Source: Candidatus Enterousia sp.
GTDB lineage: Bacteria; Pseudomonadota; Alphaproteobacteria; Rs-D84
NCBI GenBank assembly: GCA_045587125.1
Contig: JAZNBN010000020.1
Span: 1,796 to 65,795 of the forward strand
DNA length: 64,000 nt
Direction: 5' to 3'
The notes beneath the pieces are model-generated. The model was not told the DNA's origin, searched no databases, and was given only the letters and a program-made list of their open reading frames with translations. Shown here piece after piece: positions 1 to 9,378 of the stretch. Each line of letters begins with the position of its first letter. The first letter of the stretch is position 1. The translations under genes were made by a program, and so were the position numbers.

Positions 1-1452
1 AATCCATTTAATGGCCGTGAAATTCCGGTCTTTATATCGGACTATGTATTGGCGGATTATGGGTTTGGTGCAATTATGGCTGTGCCGGCACATGACGGTC
101 GTGATTGGGATTTTGCAAAAAAATTCGGGTTGGATATTATTCCGGTCTTGGCCGGGGGTGAGCCTGATAAAGTATGGGAAGGCGACGGGTTGCATATAAA
201 TTCGTCTTTCTTGGACGGTATGAATAAAACAGACGCAATTGCCGCCGCAATTAAGTATGGTTCAGAACACGGTTTTGCGCGTGCAACAACAAAATATAAA
301 TTAAAAGATTGGGGTTTTTCACGCCAGATGTATTGGGGTGAACCAATCCCATTGGTGCATTGTGAAAAATGTGGTTGGGTGCCTGTGCCTGAATCTGAAT
401 TGCCATTGATGCAACCATATATGTCTGATTATCGCCCAACAGATGATGGCGAAGGTCCATTGGCCCGTGCCACAGATTGGGTAAATACAACATGTCCATG
501 TTGCGGGGCACCGGCAAAGCGTGAAACAGATACTATGCCACAATGGGCTGGGTCTTCGTGGTATTTCTTGCGTTATTTAGATGCACATAATAATGATGCG
601 TTTTGTAATCGTGACCAATTGGATAAATGGATGCCAATTGACCACTATAACGGCGGTATGGAACATACAACACGACATGTTTTGTATTCCAGATTCTGGT
701 ACAAGGTTTTACATGACCTGGGGTTTGTGTCGGGCGTGGAACCATATAAAAAACGTACCAGTAACGGTTTGATTATGGCGGCTGATGGCACAAAAATGTC
801 TAAATCACGTGGGAATACAGTGCCAAGTTCCGATGTCGTAGAACGCAGTGGTGCGGATGCATGCCGTATGGCTATATTATATCTGGGACCATGGGAACAA
901 AGTGCAAATTGGTCCGAAGATACTTTGCGTGGTATTGAACGCTTCTTGAAACGTGTGGAAAATTTGTCTGGTAATTTAACCGATGAACCAATGACACCAG
1001 CCCAGGAAAAATTACAACACCGTTTAATCGCAGATGTTACAGACAGATTGGAAAACATGAAGTTTAACACGGCAATTTCTGCAATGATGGAATATATAAA
1101 TGCGTTTGGTGGTTCTATGCCCCGCCCTGCGTATGAAACGTTGTTACAGATGCTGAATCCGTTTGCACCGCATTTGACCGAAGAAATGTGGGAAACATTA
1201 GGACATGCGGACATGATGGTGTTTGAACCATGGCCAACATTTGATTCTGATAAATTGGTGGACAGTGAAGTAACAATGGTTGTTTCAATTAATGGTAAAC
1301 GTACCGCAGAATTTGTTGCACCGGCAGATGCAGATGAAAATACTGTTGTTACCATGGCAAAACAAGCCGCAGGTGCAAAATTAAACGGTTCAGAAATTAT
1401 AAAAACAATCGTTGTGCCAAAGAAATTGGTGAATTTGGTTGTTAAAAAGTAA
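1..1452 (+). CDS. leuS: leucyl-tRNA synthetase, C-terminal part (5' end lies outside window)
   Basis: Frame of ORF 49..1452 is open back to nt 1. Translation has the class I KMSKS motif (GTKMSKSRGN) and LeuRS-like editing and anticodon-binding regions. Confidence 0.9.
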   Translation, partial: NPFNGREIPVFISDYVLADYGFGAIMAVPAHDGRDWDFAKKFGLDIIPVLAGGEPDKVWEGDGLHINSSFLDGMNKTDAIAAAIKYGSEHGFARATTKYKLKDWGFSRQMYWGEPIPLVHCEKCGWVPVPESELPLMQPYMSDYRPTDDGEGPLARATDWVNTTCPCCGAPAKRETDTMPQWAGSSWYFLRYLDAHNNDAFCNRDQLDKWMPIDHYNGGMEHTTRHVLYSRFWYKVLHDLGFVSGVEPYKKRTSNGLIMAADGTKMSKSRGNTVPSSDVVERSGADACRMAILYLGPWEQSANWSEDTLRGIERFLKRVENLSGNLTDEPMTPAQEKLQHRLIADVTDRLENMKFNTAISAMMEYINAFGGSMPRPAYETLLQMLNPFAPHLTEEMWETLGHADMMVFEPWPTFDSDKLVDSEVTMVVSINGKRTAEFVAPADADENTVVTMAKQAAGAKLNGSEIIKTIVVPKKLVNLVVKK

Positions 1453-1486
1453 TAAAAAATCCCGCATTTGCGGGATTTTTTATTTT
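1453..1486. terminator. bidirectional rho-independent terminator between leuS (+) and bamD (-)
   Basis: Hairpin ATCCCGCAtttGCGGGAT flanked by A-run and T-run. Confidence 0.6.
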
Positions 1487-1492
1487 GGATTT

Positions 1493-2212
1493 TTATTTTA
1501 ACTTTTTTGTCCATTCGTTATCTGGAAAATTTAATTTCAACATTTCTGAATATCCGTATGCCTGCTCTGGTAATCCAATTGCAGTATAACATTCTGTCAG
1601 ACGATATAATGCCTCGGGCGTCATGGCTGTTTCTTGGGCGTCTTGGATAATGGATTGCAATCTGTTTATTGCGCTGGTCCAATTTTCTTTGTGCATATCA
1701 TTACGTGCAGAATACATTACTTTGCCCGCAATATAATTTTTCAAGATAATAATTTTGTTTTCTGCATTTTTTGCATATTCACTGGTTGGGAAACGTTTGG
1801 TCAAACTTTCAAATTGTTGTAATGCGTATGCAGCCATTCCAGGTTCACGTCTGGCGTCACTGACCTGGCGATAATATGACATGCCGCGTAAATACATTAC
1901 ATATGGTGCATCTTTGTGCCCTGGGTGAAAACGCATAAATCTGTCGGTTACCAGTAATGTTCCGGCAAAATCCCCGTCCATGTAATATGAATATGCCGCC
2001 ATAACCAGTGCATCTGGGGCCCATGCACTGGCCGGGTATTGGGTTTCTGCCTTGGTAAATTCATTGGCGGCGGCTTCGTAATTTTCATCGTTAAATTCAG
2101 AATATGCGTTTGCGTATATTTCTGGTAATGGCATTTCAGTAACAATTTCTGTTTCCGATGCACAACCCATCAGTCCCCCTGTGCAAGCCAATATAATAAA
2201 AAGTTTTTTCAT
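1493..2212 (-). CDS. bamD: outer membrane protein assembly factor BamD-like lipoprotein
   Basis: Signal peptide with lipobox (LMGCAS), TPR-like helical repeats, size about 239 aa typical of BamD/YfiO/ComL. Confidence 0.75.
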   Translation of the reverse strand: MKKLFIILACTGGLMGCASETEIVTEMPLPEIYANAYSEFNDENYEAAANEFTKAETQYPASAWAPDALVMAAYSYYMDGDFAGTLLVTDRFMRFHPGHKDAPYVMYLRGMSYYRQVSDARREPGMAAYALQQFESLTKRFPTSEYAKNAENKIIILKNYIAGKVMYSARNDMHKENWTSAINRLQSIIQDAQETAMTPEALYRLTECYTAIGLPEQAYGYSEMLKLNFPDNEWTKKLK

Positions 2213-2263
2213 AATTATATTCCTGTCTTGTATTTCTTTACATAACGCAGTATAATCTAAACT

Positions 2264-3736
2264 ATGAAACTAGGCAAACATATTTTCGGTGTAGGTGCAA
2301 TGACTGGTATCAGTCGCATCTTTGGTTTTATTCGTGACATGTTAATTGCACGTGTTCTGGGGGCGGGACGTGTGTCTGATATATTCTTGGCGGCGTTCAA
2401 ATTGCCGAATCTGTTCCGTGATTTACTTGGCGAAGGTGCATTATCTGCGATATTTATTCCAATGTATACAGATTCCAAGAAAGATGAAAATTTTGCACGT
2501 AATGTTTTTTCTTGGTTGATGGTGGTATTGCTGGGAATAACAATATTATTTGAAATATTTATGCCGTTTATTGTGTGGGTGTTGGCACCTGGGTTTGATG
2601 CAACCCCTGGTAAAATTGAAATGACAACGGTTATATCACGTATTATGTTTGTGTATGTGATATTTATATGTGGGGCTGCATTTTTATCTGCCATATTAAA
2701 TGCGTTTTCAAAGTTTATTTTGGCGGCTTTTATGCCGGTTTTGCTAAATATAATGCTGATTTGTGCATTGTTATTTGCGATGATGTTTGGAACAACGCAT
2801 ATTTTATACCTGATGGCGGGAACGGTTGTTTTGTCTGGAATAATCCAATTCGGTGTTTTGTGGTCCCGTATTCGCAGTCGTCATTTTGGTTTGCGTTTGA
2901 TTGTGCCGCATTGGACCCCACGTATCAAAAGTATGTTTCAACGTCTGGGGGTCAGTATTATTGGTAATGGGTTTTATCAAATCACTATCATAGTTGGCAC
3001 TATGGTGGCCAGTTTCCAAAGTGGTGCTGTGTCTTGGTTATATTACTCAGACAGAATTGTTCAATTGCCATTTGCAATGATAGGTTTGGCGGTTGGAACG
3101 GTTTTAATGTCTTCTATATCAAATGCGATATCTAATAACAATATGCGCAGTGTTTATATTCAACAAAATTCATCTATGCGTCGTTCTATGATGCTGATAT
3201 TGCCGTGTGTTGTTGGGCTGTTTGTGTTGGCAGAACCAATTATAAAGTTTTTGTTTGAATATGGGGCATGGACATCTGCATCTACGATTGCGGTTGCACA
3301 TGCGATAATGATTCAAACGTTGGTATTGCCCGCAATGTTGGTCAGTCAGATTTACAATAAAACATTGTACGCAACCCAAGATGTCAAAACACCTGTTAAA
3401 ACCAGTATGATTTCTTTAAGTGTTGCGGCAATTTTATATGTTGTACTGTTCCCGATTGTTGGGTATTTGGCAATTCCAATCGGTATTGTAATCAGTGGGT
3501 ATTTAAAGAATTATCTGTTGGCACGTGCGTGTCGTAAACGTAATTTGATTCAGCATGATAAACGTACAACGTTGGCAATAATTATGTTTGGTGTGTGGGC
3601 GATAATATTAGGAATTGGTTTGGCAAAGGTAAATATAACAAACATTTTTGTATTGGGATTATCTATTGCCGTGTATGGTATTATATACCTGCCTGTTTCA
3701 TACATAATTGACCGTAGAATATTTTCACGAAAATAA
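2264..3736 (+). CDS. murJ: lipid II flippase MurJ (MviN family)
   Basis: 490 aa polytopic membrane protein; N-terminus (GISRIFGFIRDMLIARVLGAG) and overall pattern typical of MurJ/MviN. Confidence 0.85.
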   Translation: MKLGKHIFGVGAMTGISRIFGFIRDMLIARVLGAGRVSDIFLAAFKLPNLFRDLLGEGALSAIFIPMYTDSKKDENFARNVFSWLMVVLLGITILFEIFMPFIVWVLAPGFDATPGKIEMTTVISRIMFVYVIFICGAAFLSAILNAFSKFILAAFMPVLLNIMLICALLFAMMFGTTHILYLMAGTVVLSGIIQFGVLWSRIRSRHFGLRLIVPHWTPRIKSMFQRLGVSIIGNGFYQITIIVGTMVASFQSGAVSWLYYSDRIVQLPFAMIGLAVGTVLMSSISNAISNNNMRSVYIQQNSSMRRSMMLILPCVVGLFVLAEPIIKFLFEYGAWTSASTIAVAHAIMIQTLVLPAMLVSQIYNKTLYATQDVKTPVKTSMISLSVAAILYVVLFPIVGYLAIPIGIVISGYLKNYLLARACRKRNLIQHDKRTTLAIIMFGVWAIILGIGLAKVNITNIFVLGLSIAVYGIIYLPVSYIIDRRIFSRK

Positions 3737-3800
3737 ATTTGAAAAATGCCCTTTTTTATGATAAAATGTAATTATAAATAACTGGAAGGAGTCATTAACC

Positions 3801-4682
3801 ATGAACAAAATAATATCTTTTGCTGTGCTGACGGCTGTATTGGCTGGCTGTACAGATCTTAGTCAGGTTGGCACAGGTGCCGCTACATATGGTACACCGG
3901 TGATGACCGAAGAGCCATTGGTTGCAACACAACAGCCAACACTGAATGACGCATATTTATTGGCGGCTGCACCGAAATATTACATCGGTAACGCGTACAA
4001 GGTTGATGATGTTCAATATATCCCAGTTGAAGATTTAACATATAATCAAACTGGTGTTGCGGGTGTTATTCCAACAGAATTGAACGGTACAAAAACCAGC
4101 AATGGTGAAGTATTTGATGTTAACCAAATGGTCGCAACCAGTAAAACATTACCATTGCCAACAATTGCACGTGTAACAAATTTGGATAATGGTATGTCTG
4201 TGGTTGTTCGTGTAAATAATCGTGGACCATTTGTAAATACTCGTTTGATGGATTTGTCACCTGCGGCGGCACAACAAATTGGTTTTAATGGCCAGGGTAA
4301 AATTCAGATTCAGGTATTGGGTGATCAAACAATGGCTGTTAAAAATGCAACATTGGGCGTAGTTACACCTCAGCCTGTACAACCACAACCTGTTGTAACA
4401 ACAACTGTGACAGAGGCACCTGTGGCTGCGGCACCTGCAACCGGTGCATACAGTTTGCAATTGGCTGCATTTTATGCCCAAGACAGTGCTGATGCATTGG
4501 CGAATCGTATGAAACAATATGGTGATGCCGTTGTTGTTAACGAAGATGATATGTTCAAGGTTCGTATTATAAACATGGATGCATCTCAGGCACGCAGTGT
4601 AATTGATACATTACGTTCAACTGAAGGTATGGCCCCAGGATTGTTAAAAGACGGTCGTTGGGTCAATCCAGACAGTATTTAA
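3801..4682 (+). CDS. rlpA: septal ring lytic transglycosylase RlpA-family lipoprotein (DPBB plus C-terminal SPOR domain)
   Basis: Lipobox LAGCTD. DPBB block (ARVTNLDNGMSVVVRVNNRGPFVNTRLMDLSPAAAQQIGF). C-terminal SPOR-like segment (YSLQLAAFYAQDSADALANRM...FKVRIINMDASQARSV). Confidence 0.75.
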   Translation: MNKIISFAVLTAVLAGCTDLSQVGTGAATYGTPVMTEEPLVATQQPTLNDAYLLAAAPKYYIGNAYKVDDVQYIPVEDLTYNQTGVAGVIPTELNGTKTSNGEVFDVNQMVATSKTLPLPTIARVTNLDNGMSVVVRVNNRGPFVNTRLMDLSPAAAQQIGFNGQGKIQIQVLGDQTMAVKNATLGVVTPQPVQPQPVVTTTVTEAPVAAAPATGAYSLQLAAFYAQDSADALANRMKQYGDAVVVNEDDMFKVRIINMDASQARSVIDTLRSTEGMAPGLLKDGRWVNPDSI

Positions 4683-4710
4683 AAAAATGCCCGTTTGGGC
4701 ATTTTTTTTA
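4683..4710. terminator. bidirectional rho-independent terminator (rlpA / rpiB)
   Basis: Hairpin ATGCCCGtttGGGCAT flanked by A-run and T-run. Confidence 0.6.
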
Positions 4711-5154
4711 TGATATTTTTTGTACACGTCTGATACGTCGTTCACAGTCGTCAAATGGGCTTTCTAAAAATGTCTGGGCACATAAAAATGCAACTTCTAT
4801 ATCTATATCATCGGCCGCCAATGCCAAAACATTTATGTCGTCATGAAATCTGTCATCACGTGCCTGATTCGGTGTGTTGCAACGTGATGCACGAATATGG
4901 CGATATCTGTTGGCGGCAATCATTACCCCTGCCCCTGTGCCACAAATTATAATGCCACGTGATTGTGGGTCGTTCGCCATGGCATCTGCCAATGTGGCAG
5001 CAACGTCTGGATAATCAACCGAGGTGTTCGGGTCATCAACACCCAGATTAACAATTGTATATCCAGATGCAGCCAGCATTTCTATTAAATATAATTTTAA
5101 CCCAACACCACGATGATCAGATGCAATATAAACTTTGGTTACAGATTTATTCAT
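4708..5154 (-). CDS. rpiB: ribose-5-phosphate isomerase B
   Basis: RpiB/LacAB family motifs (IASDHRGVGLK, IIICGTGAGV). Start chosen at MNKSVTKVYIASDH inside ORF 4708..5187. Confidence 0.85.
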   Translation of the reverse strand: MNKSVTKVYIASDHRGVGLKLYLIEMLAASGYTIVNLGVDDPNTSVDYPDVAATLADAMANDPQSRGIIICGTGAGVMIAANRYRHIRASRCNTPNQARDDRFHDDINVLALAADDIDIEVAFLCAQTFLESPFDDCERRIRRVQKIS

Positions 5155-5501
5155 TTGGATTTGTCCTTTCTTTTGGTTAATTTGCATTCCAGGCCTGTGT
5201 TTCCTGTGATGTTTAATGTGCGGTATGACAAAGTGCCTGTCATTTTGGCGGCACTAAACATATTGGCGGTATTTACCTCGGCGGAACCATCCAGTGTCCC
5301 ATGCAAGAACAATGTTGGTGTTTTTATTTCACCGACAACCAATCCACCACGTCCAATAACAATCGTAGTTGCGATGATATTACCGACAACTTCACCGTGT
5401 ATTTGGACAGTATGATCTGTAACAATGTCCCCTGTAAATTTGCAACCTGCCCCAATAATGGTTGGAGATTGCTTTTCAGTTGAATTTGTAAATGCCAGCA
5501 T
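5151..5501 (-). CDS. bactofilin (polymer-forming cytoskeletal protein)
   Basis: 116 aa with a beta-helical repeat pattern of Gly/Val/Ile every few residues (IHGEVVGNIIATTIVIGRGGLVVGEI), typical of the bactofilin DUF583 fold. Confidence 0.75.
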   Translation of the reverse strand: MLAFTNSTEKQSPTIIGAGCKFTGDIVTDHTVQIHGEVVGNIIATTIVIGRGGLVVGEIKTPTLFLHGTLDGSAEVNTANMFSAAKMTGTLSYRTLNITGNTGLECKLTKRKDKSK

Positions 5502-5503
5502 GT

Positions 5504-6781
5504 CTATTCCTCTTTTATGAATTTTGTTGGGTCAAATGGTGCACCTTTGTATCTGATTTCATAATGCAGATGTGGGCCTGTGGAACGACCAGATGATCCC
5601 GCCAATCCGATAACAGTTCCCGGACGGACCCAGTCACCACGTGATACCAATATCTGTGACAGATGGGCGTACAATGTTGTAAATCCCAGCCCATGATCAA
5701 TTTCAACAGTTGTTCCATAACCAACACGTTCCCCCGCAGATACAACACGACCAGGTGCCACGGCCAATAATTCTGTGCCTATTTTGCCCGCAAAGTCAAT
5801 TCCGCGATGTTTTTTCGGTTTGCCTGTAAATGGATCGTTTCGTGTGCCGTATTCAGATGTAACCCTGGAATTTACAGGTTTACCCAGTGGTAATACATCG
5901 TTTAACTTTTTCAGACCGTTCCAACGTTCCAAACCGTCTGCCAATTTTTTATATTTATCATTTATGTTTTTATCCAATTCAATCGGTGTAAATACAGATC
6001 CAACAATTGGATTTGAATATTTGTTTACATCCCGTATTAATGTTTTTTCAGTTAAACCTAATGATATTAATGTGCTGTTTATCTTTTTGATATTTTGATG
6101 CAAAGAATCTGTGTTTTCTTTGATTAATGTAGAAACGCCGTCTACAATTTGATTATCTGCATCTGCAATTTCTATCATAGATTCCAGTAATAAATTATTA
6201 CGTTTTTTCAGTTCGTCATTTTCAGCACGTGTTAATTCATATTCTGCGGATAATTCGGATAATTTATAATATTCTGGCGAAAATTCTTCGTTTTTAAGCA
6301 TTTCTGATATACGGGTGTGCAAGAAGTCTAGTTCTCCCCATGTTTTTATGCGACTGTTCATCAATTTTTCTTTGGATTTATCGTCTAAATCTTTGTCATT
6401 TAACACTTTGTCATCTATTACATTTAAATCGCGTACTAATTCATTATATTTTGCAAGGTATGTTTGTAAATCACTCATGTGACGTGCGTGTGTGTCGCGA
6501 ACTTCTTCAAGTTGTTGTGTGCGTTTCTGCAACAAAGGACGATGATATACAAATACATATGTTGACCATGTCGCCCATATAATTAAGCCAACTTTGCCAC
6601 AAAAACGGGTGAAACGCCAAAAACTGCTTTGGTCATATGTGTAAACATTGCCACGTGGTGTGTCCATTACGGTAAATTGACGCGGTGGAAATATACGTAC
6701 GACAACACGCCAAACAGCACGAAATGGTGATGTTATAAATGCCCACAGCGATGTAAAATATCTTGTTATAAAGTTTATCAT
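5504..6781 (-). CDS. membrane-anchored M23 (LytM-type) peptidoglycan endopeptidase with coiled-coil linker
   Basis: N-terminal transmembrane segment, long coiled-coil, C-terminal M23 motifs (HRGIDFAG...TTVEIDHGLGFTTLYAHL...GSSGRSTGPHLHYE). Confidence 0.8.
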   Translation of the reverse strand: MINFITRYFTSLWAFITSPFRAVWRVVVRIFPPRQFTVMDTPRGNVYTYDQSSFWRFTRFCGKVGLIIWATWSTYVFVYHRPLLQKRTQQLEEVRDTHARHMSDLQTYLAKYNELVRDLNVIDDKVLNDKDLDDKSKEKLMNSRIKTWGELDFLHTRISEMLKNEEFSPEYYKLSELSAEYELTRAENDELKKRNNLLLESMIEIADADNQIVDGVSTLIKENTDSLHQNIKKINSTLISLGLTEKTLIRDVNKYSNPIVGSVFTPIELDKNINDKYKKLADGLERWNGLKKLNDVLPLGKPVNSRVTSEYGTRNDPFTGKPKKHRGIDFAGKIGTELLAVAPGRVVSAGERVGYGTTVEIDHGLGFTTLYAHLSQILVSRGDWVRPGTVIGLAGSSGRSTGPHLHYEIRYKGAPFDPTKFIKEE

Positions 6782-7461
6782 TTCTGGTCCAGTTTAGACA
6801 ATATGTCATAAATAGTCAAGCCATCACGTAAAACAGGTTCGTAATTCATTGTAAGTCCTTGGTATATTTTTGAAACACCTTTGGTTCCCAGACGGCCTGA
6901 TATTAAAACGCGTTCTGCGGTATTTTTTGCACCAAATAATGGTAATATTGTGATGTCGCCTAATTTCTTGGACATTTCAGAAATAACAGTTCCGATTGTT
7001 GCGGCATCTGTGATGATGCAAAATGTTCCCATTGGTCGTACGCGTGATATGCACTTTGAAACCCATAGATGTAAATTTGTATTGTGGTGTGCATTATGTT
7101 TTGCAGGTGTACCATAAAAATATGGTGGGTTTGTTACAACCAAATCAAATGTTTTATCTGTTCGCCATGTCGTAATGTCGGCATTTATTAAATCAATATC
7201 TATGTTGTTTAATTCGGCATTATCTTTGCATGCCTGTAACATAGTGTCAGACGTATCAATACCTGTGATTTTTGCGTTTGGATTGTTGGCAGATATACAT
7301 AATGATACACCGCCACTGCCGATGCCTACATCTAAAATATTACGGGCGTTCTGTGGTGTAAATGCGGCCAACCATACTGCGTCAGATGTTGGATTATATG
7401 TTCCCCGACGCATTTTAATACGGCCACCCATCAAAGTAAAAATGTCTTGTTTTGAATTCAT
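6778..7461 (-). CDS. class I SAM-dependent N6-adenine-type methyltransferase (NPPY motif; TrmN6/YfiC-like)
   Basis: SAM-binding motif DVGIGSGGVSL and catalytic VVTNPPYF. Overlaps downstream gene by 4 nt (operon). Confidence 0.6.
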   Translation of the reverse strand: MNSKQDIFTLMGGRIKMRRGTYNPTSDAVWLAAFTPQNARNILDVGIGSGGVSLCISANNPNAKITGIDTSDTMLQACKDNAELNNIDIDLINADITTWRTDKTFDLVVTNPPYFYGTPAKHNAHHNTNLHLWVSKCISRVRPMGTFCIITDAATIGTVISEMSKKLGDITILPLFGAKNTAERVLISGRLGTKGVSKIYQGLTMNYEPVLRDGLTIYDILSKLDQK

Positions 7462-7501
7462 ATATTCTTATAATAGAACATCTAAAACAAAAGGCAAGTT
7501 T

Positions 7502-8491
7502 ATGTTGAATGAAATGATTATAGTACAAACAGCGGTTAGTGCTTTTAATAATGCGGCATTGTGGACCCCCGCTTTTTTATGGTGGGCGATATTGTCTTTA
7601 CCTTTGTTTGTATCTGTGTATTTCATGGGAAATGTTTTCTTGCGTCGTTGCGGTTGGAATAAAAGTAATATATTACAAAATATAACAAATTGGAATGCAG
7701 GGTTGGTTTTATTATGGGTTGTTATGTTTGGTGGCAACTATGCTGTGTTGCGGGATGAAATGTCTTTGTTGCCCATGTTGACGGCACTTATAATATTTTT
7801 GACATCTTTGTTCGTTTCTTCTTATGTGCGTACATTACCGCATTGGGTACATGGGTGGAAAAAATGGTTGGCGATATGTTTGTTGTTGGGATTTGTTGCG
7901 CAATCTGGTGGAAGTGTTTGGTGGGTTGTTGTTTTGCAGTTATGTGCGTTGTTGTTTGGGTGTGTACTGGGACGTGTTGCCGATGGACAAATGCGTCCGA
8001 TTGGTGGCAGTGTGTTGATAATTTTAACGACTGTGTCGGCAATTTTAATGCAGCCTGAATATTTCAGATTTGGACAATTAGGCAGTTTGACATTTTTTCA
8101 CTTAATTGCGATTTTGGCGGTTGGAATATTTGCTGTTATGGCATTTGCGTTATTTAATTTCAAACCACATGGGTTTATCTATAACAGTGCATATGTGAAA
8201 TTGAAATGGTTGGGACGTGTTATTTGTGTGTTGGGGGGTGCACTGTTCTTGTTAACAGAAGCGGTGCCTGTGTTCTTGGGGACTTTGGTGGCTGTGTTGG
8301 CAATGGTTTGGTTGTCCATAGCACATGCACAAACATTTGAAGTGGAAACGTTGGGCCATAAAGTTTTTGCCATACTGTTGATGTTATTTGGTGTGATTTT
8401 GGTAATGCCTGTAATTACATGCCTTGGGATTTTGTATTGGGTACATACGCCACAGATTATGTTTTGGTCAGAATGTAAAAGGTTGTTATAA
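7502..8491 (+). CDS. polytopic inner-membrane protein, function unknown
   Basis: About 329 aa with 8 or more hydrophobic helices. Start moved to MLNEM (7502) because the longer ORF (from 7175) overlaps the convergent methyltransferase gene. Confidence 0.5.
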   Translation: MLNEMIIVQTAVSAFNNAALWTPAFLWWAILSLPLFVSVYFMGNVFLRRCGWNKSNILQNITNWNAGLVLLWVVMFGGNYAVLRDEMSLLPMLTALIIFLTSLFVSSYVRTLPHWVHGWKKWLAICLLLGFVAQSGGSVWWVVVLQLCALLFGCVLGRVADGQMRPIGGSVLIILTTVSAILMQPEYFRFGQLGSLTFFHLIAILAVGIFAVMAFALFNFKPHGFIYNSAYVKLKWLGRVICVLGGALFLLTEAVPVFLGTLVAVLAMVWLSIAHAQTFEVETLGHKVFAILLMLFGVILVMPVITCLGILYWVHTPQIMFWSECKRLL

Positions 8492-8576
8492 TTGGTTATA
8501 TTTATTTAATAACAATTATTGCCAGAATAAAGTAATATTCAGTATCGTTAAATTATAAAAAAAAGTGAGTTTTATT

Positions 8577-9374
8577 ATGGCAATACATCCAACAGCAATT
8601 ATTCATGAAGGTGCAAAATTAGGTGCAGATTGTAAAATTGGACCATATTGTATAGTCGGCCCAAATGTTGTATTGGGCGACCGTGTAGAATTGATTTCTA
8701 ATGTTGTTATAGAAGGAAAAACATCTATTGGTGATGATTCTATTGTGTACCCTTTTGCGGTTTTGGGCGTGATGAGTCAGGATCTTAAATGGCAAGATGA
8801 AAATACTATGACAGGTTTGCGTATCGGTAAACGTTGTAAAATTCGTGAATATGTTACCATTCATTCTGGAACACCTGCATCAGATGGTACGGTTATTGGT
8901 GATGATTGCCAGATTATGGTAAATGCACACGTTGGGCATGATTGCAAGGTTGGGAACAGCGTTGTTATGTCTAATTTAGTTCAGGTTGCCGGACATGTTG
9001 AAATAGAAGATTTTGTGATTCTGTCGGGTGGTGTGATGGTTTTACAATTTGCACGTATTGGACGTAATGCGTTCGTTGGCGGTATGTCTGGGGTTGGAAA
9101 TGATGTGTTGCCATATGCAATCTATGATGGGGCACGTGCTGTTTATCGTACAATAAATCGCGTAGGATTAATGCGTCATGGGTTCACAAATGAAGATATG
9201 CACGCAATACATTCTGTGTATTCTGCGGTGTTCCGTGATGGTGAAGGTACTGTGTCAGATCGTTTGGTCAAAGTACGCAAAGAAGTAAAGAATAATAAAT
9301 ATGCAATGGATGCCATAGATTTTATTGAAAATCGTTCAAAGCGTGGAATTGGTACTTCTAAGAATGCAGAATAA
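8577..9374 (+). CDS. lpxA: acyl-ACP--UDP-N-acetylglucosamine O-acyltransferase
   Basis: Left-handed beta-helix hexapeptide repeats. N-terminus MAIHPTAIIHEGAKLG typical of LpxA. An alternative start lies at 8565. Confidence 0.9.
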   Translation: MAIHPTAIIHEGAKLGADCKIGPYCIVGPNVVLGDRVELISNVVIEGKTSIGDDSIVYPFAVLGVMSQDLKWQDENTMTGLRIGKRCKIREYVTIHSGTPASDGTVIGDDCQIMVNAHVGHDCKVGNSVVMSNLVQVAGHVEIEDFVILSGGVMVLQFARIGRNAFVGGMSGVGNDVLPYAIYDGARAVYRTINRVGLMRHGFTNEDMHAIHSVYSAVFRDGEGTVSDRLVKVRKEVKNNKYAMDAIDFIENRSKRGIGTSKNAE

Positions 9375-9378
9375 AAAA

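Noticed and set aside
645-1514. 289-aa ORF on the minus strand inside leuS (and many similar 60-180-aa antisense ORFs: 2257..2694, 17805..18335, 19391..19723, 44544..45062, 53972..54466, 57333..57704 and others)
   Set aside because: They lie wholly within, and antisense to, well-supported genes. They have low-complexity or odd composition and no start or ribosome-binding context. They are artefacts of AT-rich sequence and of repeats.
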